Virus record (IMG/VR): IMGVR_UViG_3300043449_000492 | Location: 64,001-128,000 of that record | Reading direction: 5' to 3' (one strand) | From: a virus | DNA: 64,000 nt | Part shown: positions 20,160 through 30,658 of the stretch, piece by piece | How the letters are laid out: the number at the start of each line of letters is the position of its first letter | Numbering within the stretch: the stretch's first letter is position 1 | Translations under genes and position numbers: made by a program | The notes under the pieces: model-generated | What the model was told of the DNA's origin: nothing | What the model saw: the letters and a program-made list of their open reading frames with translations, nothing else | Databases searched by the model: none

Positions 20160-20687
20160 ATGACAACAGAATCATTCACTACTAACACACCAGAGAATAC
20201 GTCAATTTTACAATCTACAAAATTTACGTTTCTAATACCTGACAAGCCATTTCTAAAATACTTTTGTCAGACTGTAAGCATACCTTCCGTATCAACATCA
20301 GAGATTCAAGTTAATACTCCTTTTAGTGCTACATTTCGTCATGGTGAAAAATTGAATTATGACGCACTAGTAATTACTGCAATGATGGATGAGGATCTTC
20401 GTGTTTGGGAAGAAACATATAACTGGCTTAAGTCACTAACTCGTCCTACATCATTTGGCGAATATCCAAGAAAAACTTTTAATGATACCCAGACACCACT
20501 TTACTTTGATGGCTTTCTTACGACCAATACAAATGCCAATAGAACAAATATGAGATTTAAGTTTCGTAATTGTCATCCTACTTCAATAGGTATGATTAAC
20601 TTTGACACTAAGGTTGATGCTGATACCATTCCTACATGTGACTTTACCTTTAGATACGATTACTATGAGGTTGAAAGGCTTGCTTGA
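20160..20687 (+). CDS. gp3: Tail completion/tube terminator protein
   Basis: FxF.I...YFCQ.V.IP, G.KL.Y..L.IT..MDEDL..W.E.YNW, F.NCHPTS; usual position after gp23; GATAAATA at 20136. Confidence 0.85.
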   Translation: MTTESFTTNTPENTSILQSTKFTFLIPDKPFLKYFCQTVSIPSVSTSEIQVNTPFSATFRHGEKLNYDALVITAMMDEDLRVWEETYNWLKSLTRPTSFGEYPRKTFNDTQTPLYFDGFLTTNTNANRTNMRFKFRNCHPTSIGMINFDTKVDADTIPTCDFTFRYDYYEVERLA

Positions 20688-20712
20688 CTTTTCCATTTAG
20701 CTATGTTATAAT
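20684..20712 (+). promoter_or_regulatory. Sigma70-type promoter for uvsY
   Basis: TTGACT-N17-TATAAT. Confidence 0.75.
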
Positions 20713-20733
20713 GTGATTTTGAAAGGATAAAGA

Positions 20734-21180
20734 ATGAAGCCGCCAGTTGATATTGAAGCCTTAATGAAAGAGTGGTCAAAAGATTCAGTCATTGATTCCA
20801 CATCAATGGAATTAGAACTATTGAAGACTTCCTTTCTTCATGGTAAGTATCTTAATATCATGTCCTATCATAGGCATCTTGTTCGCAAGATGGAAGCTGA
20901 CTATAAGCTCCTTAAAGGACTTCGTGAGGATTACTACCAAGGTCATCTTACACAGGAAGACTTAGAAGAACGTGGCTGGGAACCTATGCAGCATGTTCTA
21001 TCTAATCCACAGATTGCTCGTAAGCTTGATGCTGACGCTGAACTAAATAGACTACTACTTAAGAAAGTTGCCCACGAAGAAATAGTATCTTATTGCGAAT
21101 CAGTATTAAAGTATATTTCATCTAGAACCTGGGACCTCGGGAACTACGTTAAGTATCTACAACTCACTTCTGGTAAATAA
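20734..21180 (+). CDS. uvsY: Recombination mediator UvsY
   Basis: W.KDS.ID, LHGKYL, YYxG, LDAD motifs; synteny gp3-uvsY-uvsW. Confidence 0.85.
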   Translation: MKPPVDIEALMKEWSKDSVIDSTSMELELLKTSFLHGKYLNIMSYHRHLVRKMEADYKLLKGLREDYYQGHLTQEDLEERGWEPMQHVLSNPQIARKLDADAELNRLLLKKVAHEEIVSYCESVLKYISSRTWDLGNYVKYLQLTSGK

Positions 21181-22649
21181 TGAATCATTTGGTCTTATAT
21201 AATCACGACGAAAGCTATATCAAAGTTCAATGCGAGGAGTCTATCGCATGGGAACTTCGTGACGCTTTTTCTTTCCGTCCACCAGGTTTTCAGTTTGTTC
21301 CTTCTTACAAGCAAAAACTCTGGGACGGTTTTTTGAGGTTGTTCAATCCTGCAACTAGAACAATCTATAGAGGTCTTGGTCCACAAGTCATCGAGTGGAT
21401 TAAAGAAAGAGGTTATACCTATGAATACGCAGATGAAGACCTTGATACATCGTTTTCAATCGAGGAAGCGAAAGAGTTTGTGGAAAAGCTTAACCCTAAG
21501 CACCTTCCTAGAGACTACCAGATGGATGCTTTTGTTCACTCTATCCGTAGCAAGCGTCGTATTGTTCTTTCACCTACTGGCAGCGGCAAGTCTTTACTAC
21601 TATATTTGGTTTGTAATTATCTTCTTAAGCAAGGTAAACGGGGACTTCTAATCGTTCCACGTTCAGCACTTGTTGAGCAGATGTTTTCCGACTTTCAAGA
21701 TTACTCTGCTAAGAACGGCAAGGATATGTTCAAGTATTGCTGGAGAGTGTATTCTGGTAAAGACAAACATGCACAGCATCCTATTATCATATCAACATGG
21801 CAATCACTTTATAAGATGCCTAAAGAATACTTTCAACAGTTTGACTATGTTATCTGCGACGAGGTTCATCAAGCACAAGCAAAAGCATTGTCCGATATCG
21901 TTACCAAATGTACCAAAGCAGAGTATCGTCTTGGTGTAACAGGAACACTATCTGGAGCTAAGGCACATGAGTGGGTGCTTACTGGACTCTTTGGTCAAGT
22001 GTATAAAGCTACTACATCTGCAGAACTAATGAAGAATAAGCAACTGGCAGAGCTAACAATCAAATGTCTATTGCTTAAATACTCTGACGAAGAATGTCAG
22101 TATATGAAGTCTGCATCATATCAGGATGAGATTAAGTATCTCGTAAGCAATCCTGCAAGAAACAAGTTTATAGTGAATTTGGCTTTGTCATTAGAAGGTA
22201 ATACACTATTGCTATTCAACTTTGTTGAATCCCATGGTCGTGTTCTATATGACATGCTAAATAAAAAGGCGAACGGCCGAAAGGTCTTTTTTATTCATGG
22301 AGGTACAAATGTTGATGATAGAGAAGAAATACGTCGAATCATTGAATCGGAAACTAACGCTATTATTGTGGGCTCTATTGGTGTCCTTAGCACTGGTACT
22401 AACATTGTCAATCTTTCCAATGTCATCTTTGCGTCACCAAGTAAGTCTAAGATCAGAAATCTACAATCCATCGGGCGTGTCCTTAGAGTTAACGAATCTA
22501 AACAATCCGCTACACTCTTTGACATTGCCGACGACTTTAGCTGGAGAAAGAAAGAAAACTTTACTCTTAAACACTTTTTCGAACGACTCAAGACTTACAG
22601 TGATGAACAGTTTAAATTCAAACTCTACAAGATAAGCATGAAGGAATAA
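21180..22649 (+). CDS. uvsW: UvsW DNA/RNA helicase
   Basis: WDG.LRLF, PRDYQ, SPTGSGKS, DEVH, LQSIGRVLR, LFDIADD. Confidence 0.95.
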   Translation: MNHLVLYNHDESYIKVQCEESIAWELRDAFSFRPPGFQFVPSYKQKLWDGFLRLFNPATRTIYRGLGPQVIEWIKERGYTYEYADEDLDTSFSIEEAKEFVEKLNPKHLPRDYQMDAFVHSIRSKRRIVLSPTGSGKSLLLYLVCNYLLKQGKRGLLIVPRSALVEQMFSDFQDYSAKNGKDMFKYCWRVYSGKDKHAQHPIIISTWQSLYKMPKEYFQQFDYVICDEVHQAQAKALSDIVTKCTKAEYRLGVTGTLSGAKAHEWVLTGLFGQVYKATTSAELMKNKQLAELTIKCLLLKYSDEECQYMKSASYQDEIKYLVSNPARNKFIVNLALSLEGNTLLLFNFVESHGRVLYDMLNKKANGRKVFFIHGGTNVDDREEIRRIIESETNAIIVGSIGVLSTGTNIVNLSNVIFASPSKSKIRNLQSIGRVLRVNESKQSATLFDIADDFSWRKKENFTLKHFFERLKTYSDEQFKFKLYKISMKE

Positions 22650-22653
22650 CCTT

Positions 22654-23088
22654 ATGTCTGATAATGAAAAACCATTAGCAAAGTTTTTACGTTTGCAAAA
22701 TGGTGATGATGTGATTGCAGAAGTTGTTGAGACAGAGGATGAGCAGGGTATTCTTTATACCTTGTTTCATCCTCTTAAGCTTGTATATGTTCCCGCTGAA
22801 GATACCGGATATGTTTCCATAGCATTTATGCCATGGGTATTTCCTCGTGTATGTGAAGAACAGATATTTTCATTACATGCAGAAGATGTAATGCTACTAA
22901 ATGATATCACTCAGAAGATGAATATATACTATTGGGAGAGCGTCGAATCTTACTTGAATATGAGTAAGAAGATCGAGGAGGAGTCTGAGCCAGAAAGGCA
23001 TCCTGATACGGATATGACTCCTGACGAAGAATTAGAATTATACAATAAGATAGTAGAACACTTAGGAACTAAAAGGACTTATCATTAA
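22654..23088 (+). CDS. Conserved T4-like hypothetical protein (Sm-like N-terminus)
   Basis: RLxNGDDVIA...FMPW pattern typical of the gene after uvsW. Confidence 0.6.
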   Translation: MSDNEKPLAKFLRLQNGDDVIAEVVETEDEQGILYTLFHPLKLVYVPAEDTGYVSIAFMPWVFPRVCEEQIFSLHAEDVMLLNDITQKMNIYYWESVESYLNMSKKIEEESEPERHPDTDMTPDEELELYNKIVEHLGTKRTYH

Positions 23089-23384
23089 TGGCAACAACCA
23101 CAACTAACCCATATCTTTCTTTAGATGATGCCGATTTAGTTGACGATTTTGGCTTTACATTTGGCAACGAAGATGATATAGTAGCAGAAGCTATAGCACC
23201 AGCATCAGATGAAATCCAGGATCTTAAGAACCGCTTGGCAGCTATTCGTAAGATTTATATGCCTCTACTGCAGAATCTAGCCAAGAACGCAGACCAGCCC
23301 ATTATCAAGTGGCCTGATCGTGGCCCGATTCTACAAAAGCAAATAACGAAACTTACTACCCTTACCGAACCTGGATTTAAGTAA
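23088..23384 (+). CDS. Hypothetical protein
   Basis: 98 aa, translationally coupled, DDFGF and PLLxNL.K...I.WP motifs. Confidence 0.6.
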   Translation: MATTTTNPYLSLDDADLVDDFGFTFGNEDDIVAEAIAPASDEIQDLKNRLAAIRKIYMPLLQNLAKNADQPIIKWPDRGPILQKQITKLTTLTEPGFK

Positions 23385-23463
23385 TTGCTTCGCAATGTCT
23401 CGCTTCGCTCGACGGGAGCAATCTGGTTGCAGTTTTGTTAAATCTGTTGTTGTCTTAAAGTCC

Positions 23464-23492
23464 ATTATACCGCAATGCCGAAAACATGTCAA
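23464..23492 (-). promoter_or_regulatory. Perfect-consensus sigma70 promoter on the minus strand
   Basis: Plus strand ATTATA(23464-69)-17 nt-TGTCAA(23487-92) is TTGACA-N17-TATAAT reading leftwards. Confidence 0.8.
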
Positions 23493-23500
23493 GGGCATAA

Positions 23501-24109
23501 ATGAAAGAAAGTGAAAAAATGTTAGCAAAACCAAAGAAAAAGCCGAATCACTATGTTGATAACGCCAAGTTTCTCGCAGATATCGTTGAGTATAAGAAGA
23601 AAGTTGCTTATGCTGCTGAGAACGGACTAGAGAAGCCACGTGTTTCGGAATACATTGGCAAGTGTATTTGGCTTATTACGGAAAACTTAGCTCGTAAGCC
23701 TCGCTTCATGAATTACTCATTCATTGATGAAATGAAGTCTGACGCTATCGAGAACTGCTTTCTATACTTTGACAATTTCAATCCAGCGATTAGTCAAAAT
23801 CCTTTTGCTTACTTTACCCAAATCATCTACTACGCCTTTCATCGTAGAATTTCCAAAGAAGAAAAGAATAGATATATAATCTATAAAAAGTTTCAGGAAA
23901 GCGTTCTGGACACACCAGATGCATCTTTAATGGTTGATGGTGACGATAACCACTTGATTTCTTCGACAATGTATGATAATCTTAATGTCTTCATAAGAAA
24001 CTTTGAGACAAGAGAACAGGCAAAGAAGTTAAAGAGGAAACTTAAGAAAGAAGGCTTAGAGAAGTTTGTAGGAGAAGATGATGAGCAACAGCAACAGCAA
24101 GAGGGATGA
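23501..24109 (+). CDS. gp55: Late-transcription sigma factor (start may be ATG 23519)
   Basis: HYVDNxxF, YIGxC..I..NLA.KP.FxNY, EM.SDAIENC, NPFAYFTQIIYYAF.RRI.KE. Confidence 0.95.
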   Translation: MKESEKMLAKPKKKPNHYVDNAKFLADIVEYKKKVAYAAENGLEKPRVSEYIGKCIWLITENLARKPRFMNYSFIDEMKSDAIENCFLYFDNFNPAISQNPFAYFTQIIYYAFHRRISKEEKNRYIIYKKFQESVLDTPDASLMVDGDDNHLISSTMYDNLNVFIRNFETREQAKKLKRKLKKEGLEKFVGEDDEQQQQQEG

Positions 24110-24305
24110 AAACGTCTATGAAGTTCCTTTCCAAGTGCAATCATTGATAGATTCACTTAAGAATAAACAAGAGAGAGTTCATGTTAGAGGTAATTATCGA
24201 ATGAGGCTTGAAGGTATCAAGCGAGCAATCGATCGGGCTATCTATGACTATGATGTAGAAATGGGTGATAGTAAGTCTATGTTTTTTCCTAAAGGAAAAC
24301 GCTAA
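24078..24305 (+). CDS. Hypothetical protein
   Basis: 75 aa ORF in operon, HVRGNYRMRL motif. Confidence 0.55.
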   Translation: MMSNSNSKRDENVYEVPFQVQSLIDSLKNKQERVHVRGNYRMRLEGIKRAIDRAIYDYDVEMGDSKSMFFPKGKR

Positions 24306-24985
24306 TGCCTTTGTCATCAGCATTATTTAAGCGAGAAACAAAAGAATGTATTAAGTCTAATATTAATACTAATGTCAGAATACTTGATATTGGAGTAGGT
24401 GTAGGAACATATGCAGATCTACTGGCTAATGAAAGATATATTATTGACGGTATAGAAATCTATACTCCATACGTTGATATATTTAAGCTTGAAGATAAGT
24501 ATGATACATTGTTTGTAGGCGACGTTCGCAAGCAGACAAAAAAGTTTTTTGATAAGTATGGTTTAATCATTCTTGGTGATGTTTTAGAACATCTATCCGT
24601 GTTGGAAGCACAAGAACTTCTCTCTAAGTTAAAAGGCAAATCAATCATCATTGCTGTTCCGTTTAAAGGAGAACAGCATGTTGCTCACGGAAATGAGCAT
24701 GAGATTCATTATCAAGATGACTTGACTCCACAAATTTTCACTGAAAGATATCCAGATTTTTATCCGTTAGGAATCTGTTCATGGTATGGGGTTTTCACCA
24801 ACATTAGACGTAATTACTTTTATGCCACTATAGATGCATTAGAAGAAGACATTAAGTTTATCACCACAAAATTTGGTATGATTAAAGTAGATGCAAGTCC
24901 TGAATTTTTTATATATCAACATGAAGGAAGGTCACATAATGTTCCTAAAGAGTATTATGATCTTTTAAAGGAATATCCGCTATGA
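24305..24985 (+). CDS. Class I SAM-dependent methyltransferase
   Basis: ILDIGVGVG motif I, GIEI, GDVLEHL; AT-rich. Confidence 0.8.
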   Translation: MPLSSALFKRETKECIKSNINTNVRILDIGVGVGTYADLLANERYIIDGIEIYTPYVDIFKLEDKYDTLFVGDVRKQTKKFFDKYGLIILGDVLEHLSVLEAQELLSKLKGKSIIIAVPFKGEQHVAHGNEHEIHYQDDLTPQIFTERYPDFYPLGICSWYGVFTNIRRNYFYATIDALEEDIKFITTKFGMIKVDASPEFFIYQHEGRSHNVPKEYYDLLKEYPL

Positions 24986-25173
24986 GTAACTATGATGATT
25001 TTGTTGAAAGAGTTGAACAGGACTTACATTGGTTTTGTGATAAGATAGTTGAGCCTTTTCCTATTCATCCAAAAGATCGAGAGAAGATATTTCAAAGAAT
25101 GATAAATCTCGGTTGGCTAAGACAATCTGAGTATGATACTTATATGGAGCTAACGAAAAAAGATGATGATTAA
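24982..25173 (+). CDS. Hypothetical protein
   Basis: 63 aa, ATGA-coupled, AAGGA upstream. Confidence 0.5.
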   Translation: MSNYDDFVERVEQDLHWFCDKIVEPFPIHPKDREKIFQRMINLGWLRQSEYDTYMELTKKDDD

Positions 25174-25768
25174 TCGAACTGAAGACATTGAGTTGTTTCC
25201 TACATTACTAATGAGAGTTCCTAACTTTCTCACCAAAGAGAAGTGTGAATGGATTTTGAATACTTATCGTAATAGTGAGATTCTTGCTCCTCATAAATAT
25301 TTTGTTGGACCAGGTTCTAGGTCTTCTCATGCTTATGACAAGCACGTTGATGTTTTAGCGGATATAAACGAAAGTGATATGTGCTTTGGTATAACTGATA
25401 TGGTCAAGGGAGCCATAACAGAGTATATAAGAAAAACAGGAATTGCTAATGTTGCAATCACTAATAGCTGGTTGAATATTCAGAATGAGGGTGGCAAGAT
25501 TTTTCGTCATGCTCATCCAGGTAGTATTATCACTGGCATAATCTATATCAATGCGGATGAAGGAAGTTCTTTATACTTTTATGATAACAATATAGCCACA
25601 TGTTGGACTCCTAATCAGGCAGATTCAAAATACAAATCAGAAAAGTATCGTTTTGTTCCTACATCAGGAGATTTGATTATCTTTCCGTCTTGGCTTCAAC
25701 ATGGAACAGAGGAAGACTTTACCACACATGAAAGAACTGTTCTGGCATTTAATACTCACGCATGTTAA
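25163..25768 (+). CDS. 2OG-Fe(II) oxygenase-family protein
   Basis: LFPT start, SW.N, HxH (HAHPGS), GDLIIFPSWLQH, R..LAFN. Confidence 0.85.
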   Translation: MMINRTEDIELFPTLLMRVPNFLTKEKCEWILNTYRNSEILAPHKYFVGPGSRSSHAYDKHVDVLADINESDMCFGITDMVKGAITEYIRKTGIANVAITNSWLNIQNEGGKIFRHAHPGSIITGIIYINADEGSSLYFYDNNIATCWTPNQADSKYKSEKYRFVPTSGDLIIFPSWLQHGTEEDFTTHERTVLAFNTHAC

Positions 25769-25774
25769 AAAAGC

Positions 25775-25803
25775 TTGACGAAATCGTTTTTATGCTTTAT
25801 ACT
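25775..25803 (+). promoter_or_regulatory. Sigma70-type promoter for gp47
   Basis: TTGACG-N17-TATACT. Confidence 0.65.
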
Positions 25804-25841
25804 GTATCTTTGAATTTGATCAAAGATTTGAAGGAACAACT

Positions 25842-26918
25842 ATGGCCTTAATTGCTATGCCTACCGATACCCACGCTGGTGTCAGAAATGACAATCCGGC
25901 TTTTCAACTATATCAGAAGCGATGCTGGCAATGGTTCTTTGACTATATTGATAAGTATAACATTAAGCATGTAATCCATCTTGGTGACATTTATGATCGT
26001 CGCAAGTATATTAATTTCATGTCTGCGAAGCGACTTCGTGAGGACTTTTTAGAACCTCTAGAGGAGCGGGGAATTGAAACCCATATTATTCAAGGTAATC
26101 ACGATTCTTATTACAAAGATACGCATGAAGTTAATGCACTTGAGGAAGTTATCTCTGGAAGATATCGTTACATTAGGACTCATAGTGTCCCTACTGTTAT
26201 CAGTATTGATGGGCTTGATATTCAATTAATGCCATGGATCACTGACTCTAATCGTCAGGAAGCCTATGAAGCAATCAAAAATCCTAAAGCTTCGATACTC
26301 ATGGGTCATCTTGAGTTAAACGGCTTTACAATGCATAGAGGACTCATATCAGATCATGGACTGGATCGTAAGCTTTTTGAGAAATTCGACGCTGTTTATT
26401 CTGGCCACTATCATCATCGTTCTAGCGTTGGCAACATTACTTATATTGGAGCCTTGGCAGAATATACTTGGCATGATTATGGGGACCCACGAGGATTCAG
26501 CATCCTAGATACTAATACTAGAACTATGGAGTTTGAACAGAATCCACATAAGATGTTTAGACTTGCAAAGTATGATGACATTGCTAATCCTGAGATAATT
26601 GACAAGATTCAAAAGACAGATTTCTCCAAGTATAAGGATTGTTTCGTCAAGCTAGTTGTGGTGAACAAGTCTAATCCATATGCATTCGACCTGTTGTTTG
26701 ATTCGCTTTATAAAGCAGGTCCTCTTGATATTCAGATTGTTGAAGATCCTACTATTCTACTCGACGGTGAAGTCTCTGACGAGATTGACGAAGCGGAAGA
26801 TACAGTAACGATTCTTCGCAAATATATCGATGGTTTGACACTCTCGGTTAATAACGAGAGAATGAAAAAATTCATGATTGATGTTTACAACGAAGCCTTA
26901 CAGGTTGAAACGATATAG
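25842..26918 (+). CDS. gp47: Recombination endonuclease subunit (Mre11/SbcD-like)
   Basis: DTH, HLGD..DRRK, GNHD, GHLEL.GF, SGHYH phosphoesterase motifs. Confidence 0.95.
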   Translation: MALIAMPTDTHAGVRNDNPAFQLYQKRCWQWFFDYIDKYNIKHVIHLGDIYDRRKYINFMSAKRLREDFLEPLEERGIETHIIQGNHDSYYKDTHEVNALEEVISGRYRYIRTHSVPTVISIDGLDIQLMPWITDSNRQEAYEAIKNPKASILMGHLELNGFTMHRGLISDHGLDRKLFEKFDAVYSGHYHHRSSVGNITYIGALAEYTWHDYGDPRGFSILDTNTRTMEFEQNPHKMFRLAKYDDIANPEIIDKIQKTDFSKYKDCFVKLVVVNKSNPYAFDLLFDSLYKAGPLDIQIVEDPTILLDGEVSDEIDEAEDTVTILRKYIDGLTLSVNNERMKKFMIDVYNEALQVETI

Positions 26919-26928
26919 GAATCGTATT

Positions 26929-28719
26929 ATGAAAAAGTTTGTACCCTTTATTATTTTCTTTTTGGTAGGTGTAGTCCTTTATTGGATGTCACTACCTGCT
27001 GAACACAAGCTAACGAATGAGATTAGCTATTCTGACTTCATCGGTCAGGTAGATCGCAATAACATTCATGATGTTTATATCTCAGGTAATCAGCTTACAG
27101 GACACTTTACTTCTGACAATAGAGAGTTTAAGACTGCTATTGCAGGTATATCTTCACTTCTACCAAAGTTAGAAGAACACAAAGTAAGTATCAAGATTAG
27201 AACAGACGATCCAGAATCTACTTTCTGGACTTCAATGTTTATCAATCTTCTTCCTGTTCTTCTATTCTTCGGTCTTTGGATTTGGTTATCTCGTCGTTCT
27301 GGTACAGGTGGTCCAGGCGGCATCATGGGAATGGGCAAGTCAAAAGCAAAGTTACTGACCGAGTCTGCAACAACAAAGACATTTGAAGATGTTGCTGGTG
27401 TTGATCAAGCTAAAGAAGACTTGCAAGAGATTGTAGAGTTTCTAAGAAATCCTGCTAAGTTTGAAAGACTTGGTGGTAAGATTCCAAAGGGAATTCTACT
27501 CGTTGGTCCTCCAGGCACTGGTAAGACACTATTAGCAAGAGCAGTTGCTGGACAAGCGGGTGTTCCTTTCTTTAGCATTTCAGGATCTGACTTCGTTGAA
27601 ATGTTTGTTGGTGTTGGCGCTTCCCGTGTTAGAGACATGTTCGATCAAGCAAAGAAGAATGCACCATGCATTGTCTTCATTGACGAAATCGATGCTGTTG
27701 GCAGATCACGTGGTTCTGGTATGGGTGGTAATGATGAGCGTGACCAGACACTAAATGCAATGCTTGTTGAAATGGACGGATTCAATGATAATGCGGGTGT
27801 TATTGTTATTGCTGCTACTAACCGTGTGGACGTTCTGGATAAGGCTCTAACAAGACCTGGTCGTTTCGATAGACAGATTCAAGTTCCTAATCCAGACTTT
27901 GTTGGTCGTCAACATATTCTCAAGGTTCACACTCGCAAGGTTCCTGTTGGACCCGATGTTGATCTAAAAGTTATTGCAAAGGGAACATCAGGCTTCTCTG
28001 GTGCTGATCTTGCAAATCTAGTTAACGAAGCTGCTCTCCTTGCTGCTCGACGTTCAAAGCGTATTGTAACAGCACAAGAGTTTGAAGATTCCCGTGATAA
28101 GATTCTAATGGGATCTGAGCATAGAACACTAGCAATGACTGATGAAGAAAAAAGAATGACAGCATATCATGAAGGTGGTCATGCTCTCGTATCACTTAAC
28201 ATGTCAGGCTCTATTCCAATCCACAAAGCAACGATTATCCCCAGGGGCCGTGCATTAGGTATGGTACAGTCTCTACCTGAGCGTGATCAAATCTCACAGT
28301 CATATGAAGAAATGATTGCACACCTTGCTATGGCAATGGGTGGTCGTGCCGCAGAAGAAATCGTCTTCGGTAAAGATAGTGTAACATCTGGTGCTGCATC
28401 TGATATTCAAGCAGCTACTAAGATGGCTAGAGCAATGGTAACTCAGCTAGGATTCTCTCCACTTCTTGGTCGTATGGCTTATGAAGATCCTAATGCTGAT
28501 GCCTTTCGTGGACCTAAGGTTGCAGAAGAAACACAGAAGATTGTGGATATTGAAATCAAGCGCCTCGTTGAGGAAGGTTATTCTACTGCTAGAAGAATCC
28601 TCACTCTTAAGAGAAAAGACCTTGACACACTAGCCGAAGGCCTGTTAGAATATGAGACTCTAACGGGTAAAGAGATTAAGGACTTGTTAGAAGGAAAGAA
28701 ACCTAAGCGAGACTTTTGA
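26929..28719 (+). CDS. ftsH: ATP-dependent membrane zinc metalloprotease FtsH
   Basis: Two TM segments, [64 protein letters not shown]; start reassigned to ATG 26929 behind AGGA. Confidence 0.97.
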   Translation: MKKFVPFIIFFLVGVVLYWMSLPAEHKLTNEISYSDFIGQVDRNNIHDVYISGNQLTGHFTSDNREFKTAIAGISSLLPKLEEHKVSIKIRTDDPESTFWTSMFINLLPVLLFFGLWIWLSRRSGTGGPGGIMGMGKSKAKLLTESATTKTFEDVAGVDQAKEDLQEIVEFLRNPAKFERLGGKIPKGILLVGPPGTGKTLLARAVAGQAGVPFFSISGSDFVEMFVGVGASRVRDMFDQAKKNAPCIVFIDEIDAVGRSRGSGMGGNDERDQTLNAMLVEMDGFNDNAGVIVIAATNRVDVLDKALTRPGRFDRQIQVPNPDFVGRQHILKVHTRKVPVGPDVDLKVIAKGTSGFSGADLANLVNEAALLAARRSKRIVTAQEFEDSRDKILMGSEHRTLAMTDEEKRMTAYHEGGHALVSLNMSGSIPIHKATIIPRGRALGMVQSLPERDQISQSYEEMIAHLAMAMGGRAAEEIVFGKDSVTSGAASDIQAATKMARAMVTQLGFSPLLGRMAYEDPNADAFRGPKVAEETQKIVDIEIKRLVEEGYSTARRILTLKRKDLDTLAEGLLEYETLTGKEIKDLLEGKKPKRDF

Positions 28720-28904
28720 TGAGACGTTTTTATCCTCCACGGTATTATTCTAAACAATATCGTGATAGTATGAAAGAAGCATTATCATGGGATTACACTA
28801 AAGCTAAAGTTCGCCGTAACATGCCAGGTTGGGGTAGAATAAAAGTGATTGGTTCCTATGCAGATTATATTAAACATGTTAATGATAGGGTGAAGAAAAA
28901 GTGA
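28716..28904 (+). CDS. Small basic hypothetical protein
   Basis: 62 aa ORF filling the gap between ftsH and gp46, overlapping both. Confidence 0.45.
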   Translation: MMRRFYPPRYYSKQYRDSMKEALSWDYTKAKVRRNMPGWGRIKVIGSYADYIKHVNDRVKKK

Positions 28905-30622
28905 TAACTTTTAATGCGATTAGATGGAAGAACTTTCTATCTTCTGGTAATGTGTTTACTGAAATTAGTTTAGATTCAGCTAAGAATACTCTTATTATAG
29001 GTCACAACGGTGCGGGCAAATCTACCTTTCTAGACGCCCTCACCTTCTCTCTCTTTGGTAAACCTTTTCGTAAGGTGAACAAAGGTAATGTGGTCAACTC
29101 TATCAATAATAAGAACTGTGTGGTCGAGATTGAGTTTACTATCAATACACACAAGTATAAGGTCATCAGAGGTGTTAAGCCAAACATCTTTGAGATTTAC
29201 TGTGATGATATCAAAATCAATCAAGACGCAGCAACTAAGGACTATCAAGAGCATCTGGAGAAGATCATTCTCCGTATGAACTATAAGTCCTTTACACAGG
29301 TTGTCATTCTAGGTTCTGCATCGTTCGTTCCGTTCATGCAGCTATCTGCAAATGATCGACGTTCTGTGATCGAAGACTTGTTGGACATTCAAATCTTTAC
29401 AGCTATGTCAACTGTGGTAAAGAACAAGCTACAGTTGAATCGTGAAACGATTGATAAGAACAAGGTGCTTCTATCTAGCAAAGAAGATAACAAGTCTTAC
29501 ATTGAACGAACACTAGCCTCACTTAAGATTAACAACGAAGAAAAACTAAAAGAGCTAGATGCTAAAAGGCATGAAATAGCAGCTAAACTTCAATTCGAAA
29601 AGATTGATGTTGCTAATCGTCAGGCTGCATTAGATAAAGCCTTAGAGAATGACCTTGATCTATCTCCATTCAAGTCCAAGCATTCTAAGCTTGTTAGCTT
29701 TAGAGCTAAGATGGAAGCAAATCGTGATAAGTATATCAAAGATACTGACTTCTTTGCTGAATCAGGCACATGCCCAACTTGTCGTCAAGACATTGCGCCT
29801 GAGTTTTCTAAGAAAATGATTGATGATAACGAGAAGAAGGTTCATGAACTTTCAGATGGACTAAATAAGGTTGAGCAGCAAATCGACTCTGTTCTAGTAG
29901 AGATAGACGAGATTGAAAAGATACTCACAAATATTAACAACCTTAAGTTGGAACTTTCATCTGCTAAGGCTTCCTATAACAATCTTGTTGATAGGCTTAA
30001 TCAAATTGTGGCTCAGATTGACAGCTTTGCTAAGGCTGACAAAACAACCCAAGATAGCGAACGACAACTCACCGAAGTCGAACATGATATTTCCACCCTC
30101 GAAAAAGAGAAGAAGACCCTTCTAGATGAAAGACAATACATCGACATGGCAACTACCCTTCTCAAAGACGGTGGTATCAAGACACGGATCATCAAGCAGT
30201 ATCTACCTATCATCAACAAGCACATTAACAAGTATCTGGCAAAACTTGGTTTCTTCGTCAATTTCAATATCAACGAATCATTCGAGGAGACCATCAAGTC
30301 TCGTTATAGAGACGAGTTCAGCTATCACAATTTCAGTGAAGGCGAGAAACTACGAATCGATCTTGCTATCCTTCTGACATGGCGCCAAATTGCCAAGATG
30401 AAAAATTCGGTCAACGTCAACATTCTTGTGTTTGACGAAATCCTTGATCGAGCAATGGACACTACAGGAATCGATGAGTTTATTAGGATCATGTGGGATA
30501 TGGGAAATGAAGGGGCCAATATCTTCGTCATTTCCCACAAAGACATTATGGTCGATCGATTCCAGAGAACATTACGATTTGAGAAGATAAAGAACTTTTC
30601 TGTATTGACAAGTGACGGATGA
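28901..30622 (+). CDS. gp46: Recombination ATPase subunit (Rad50/SbcC-like)
   Basis: WKNFLSSGN, GHNGAGKS, CPTC zinc hook, FSEGEK signature, VFDEI Walker B, ISH. Confidence 0.96.
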   Translation: MITFNAIRWKNFLSSGNVFTEISLDSAKNTLIIGHNGAGKSTFLDALTFSLFGKPFRKVNKGNVVNSINNKNCVVEIEFTINTHKYKVIRGVKPNIFEIYCDDIKINQDAATKDYQEHLEKIILRMNYKSFTQVVILGSASFVPFMQLSANDRRSVIEDLLDIQIFTAMSTVVKNKLQLNRETIDKNKVLLSSKEDNKSYIERTLASLKINNEEKLKELDAKRHEIAAKLQFEKIDVANRQAALDKALENDLDLSPFKSKHSKLVSFRAKMEANRDKYIKDTDFFAESGTCPTCRQDIAPEFSKKMIDDNEKKVHELSDGLNKVEQQIDSVLVEIDEIEKILTNINNLKLELSSAKASYNNLVDRLNQIVAQIDSFAKADKTTQDSERQLTEVEHDISTLEKEKKTLLDERQYIDMATTLLKDGGIKTRIIKQYLPIINKHINKYLAKLGFFVNFNINESFEETIKSRYRDEFSYHNFSEGEKLRIDLAILLTWRQIAKMKNSVNVNILVFDEILDRAMDTTGIDEFIRIMWDMGNEGANIFVISHKDIMVDRFQRTLRFEKIKNFSVLTSDG

Positions 30623-30633
30623 TAGTCTATAAT
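30605..30633 (+). promoter_or_regulatory. Consensus sigma70 promoter heading the operon that contains the DNA-modification triad
   Basis: TTGACA-N17-TATAAT exact. Confidence 0.8.
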
Positions 30634-30658
30634 AGTCGTTTGATCAGGAGTATAAGAA

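Noticed and set aside
23331-23639. Minus-strand ORF as the target of the antisense promoter
   Set aside because: Its only nearby ATG overlaps the -10 box, so it would not be on the transcript; the rest overlaps gp55
26929-28719. Host chromosomal contamination or prophage boundary at ftsH
   Set aside because: Seamlessly flanked by gp47 and gp46 with tight spacing and the same AT-rich codon style as the phage genes
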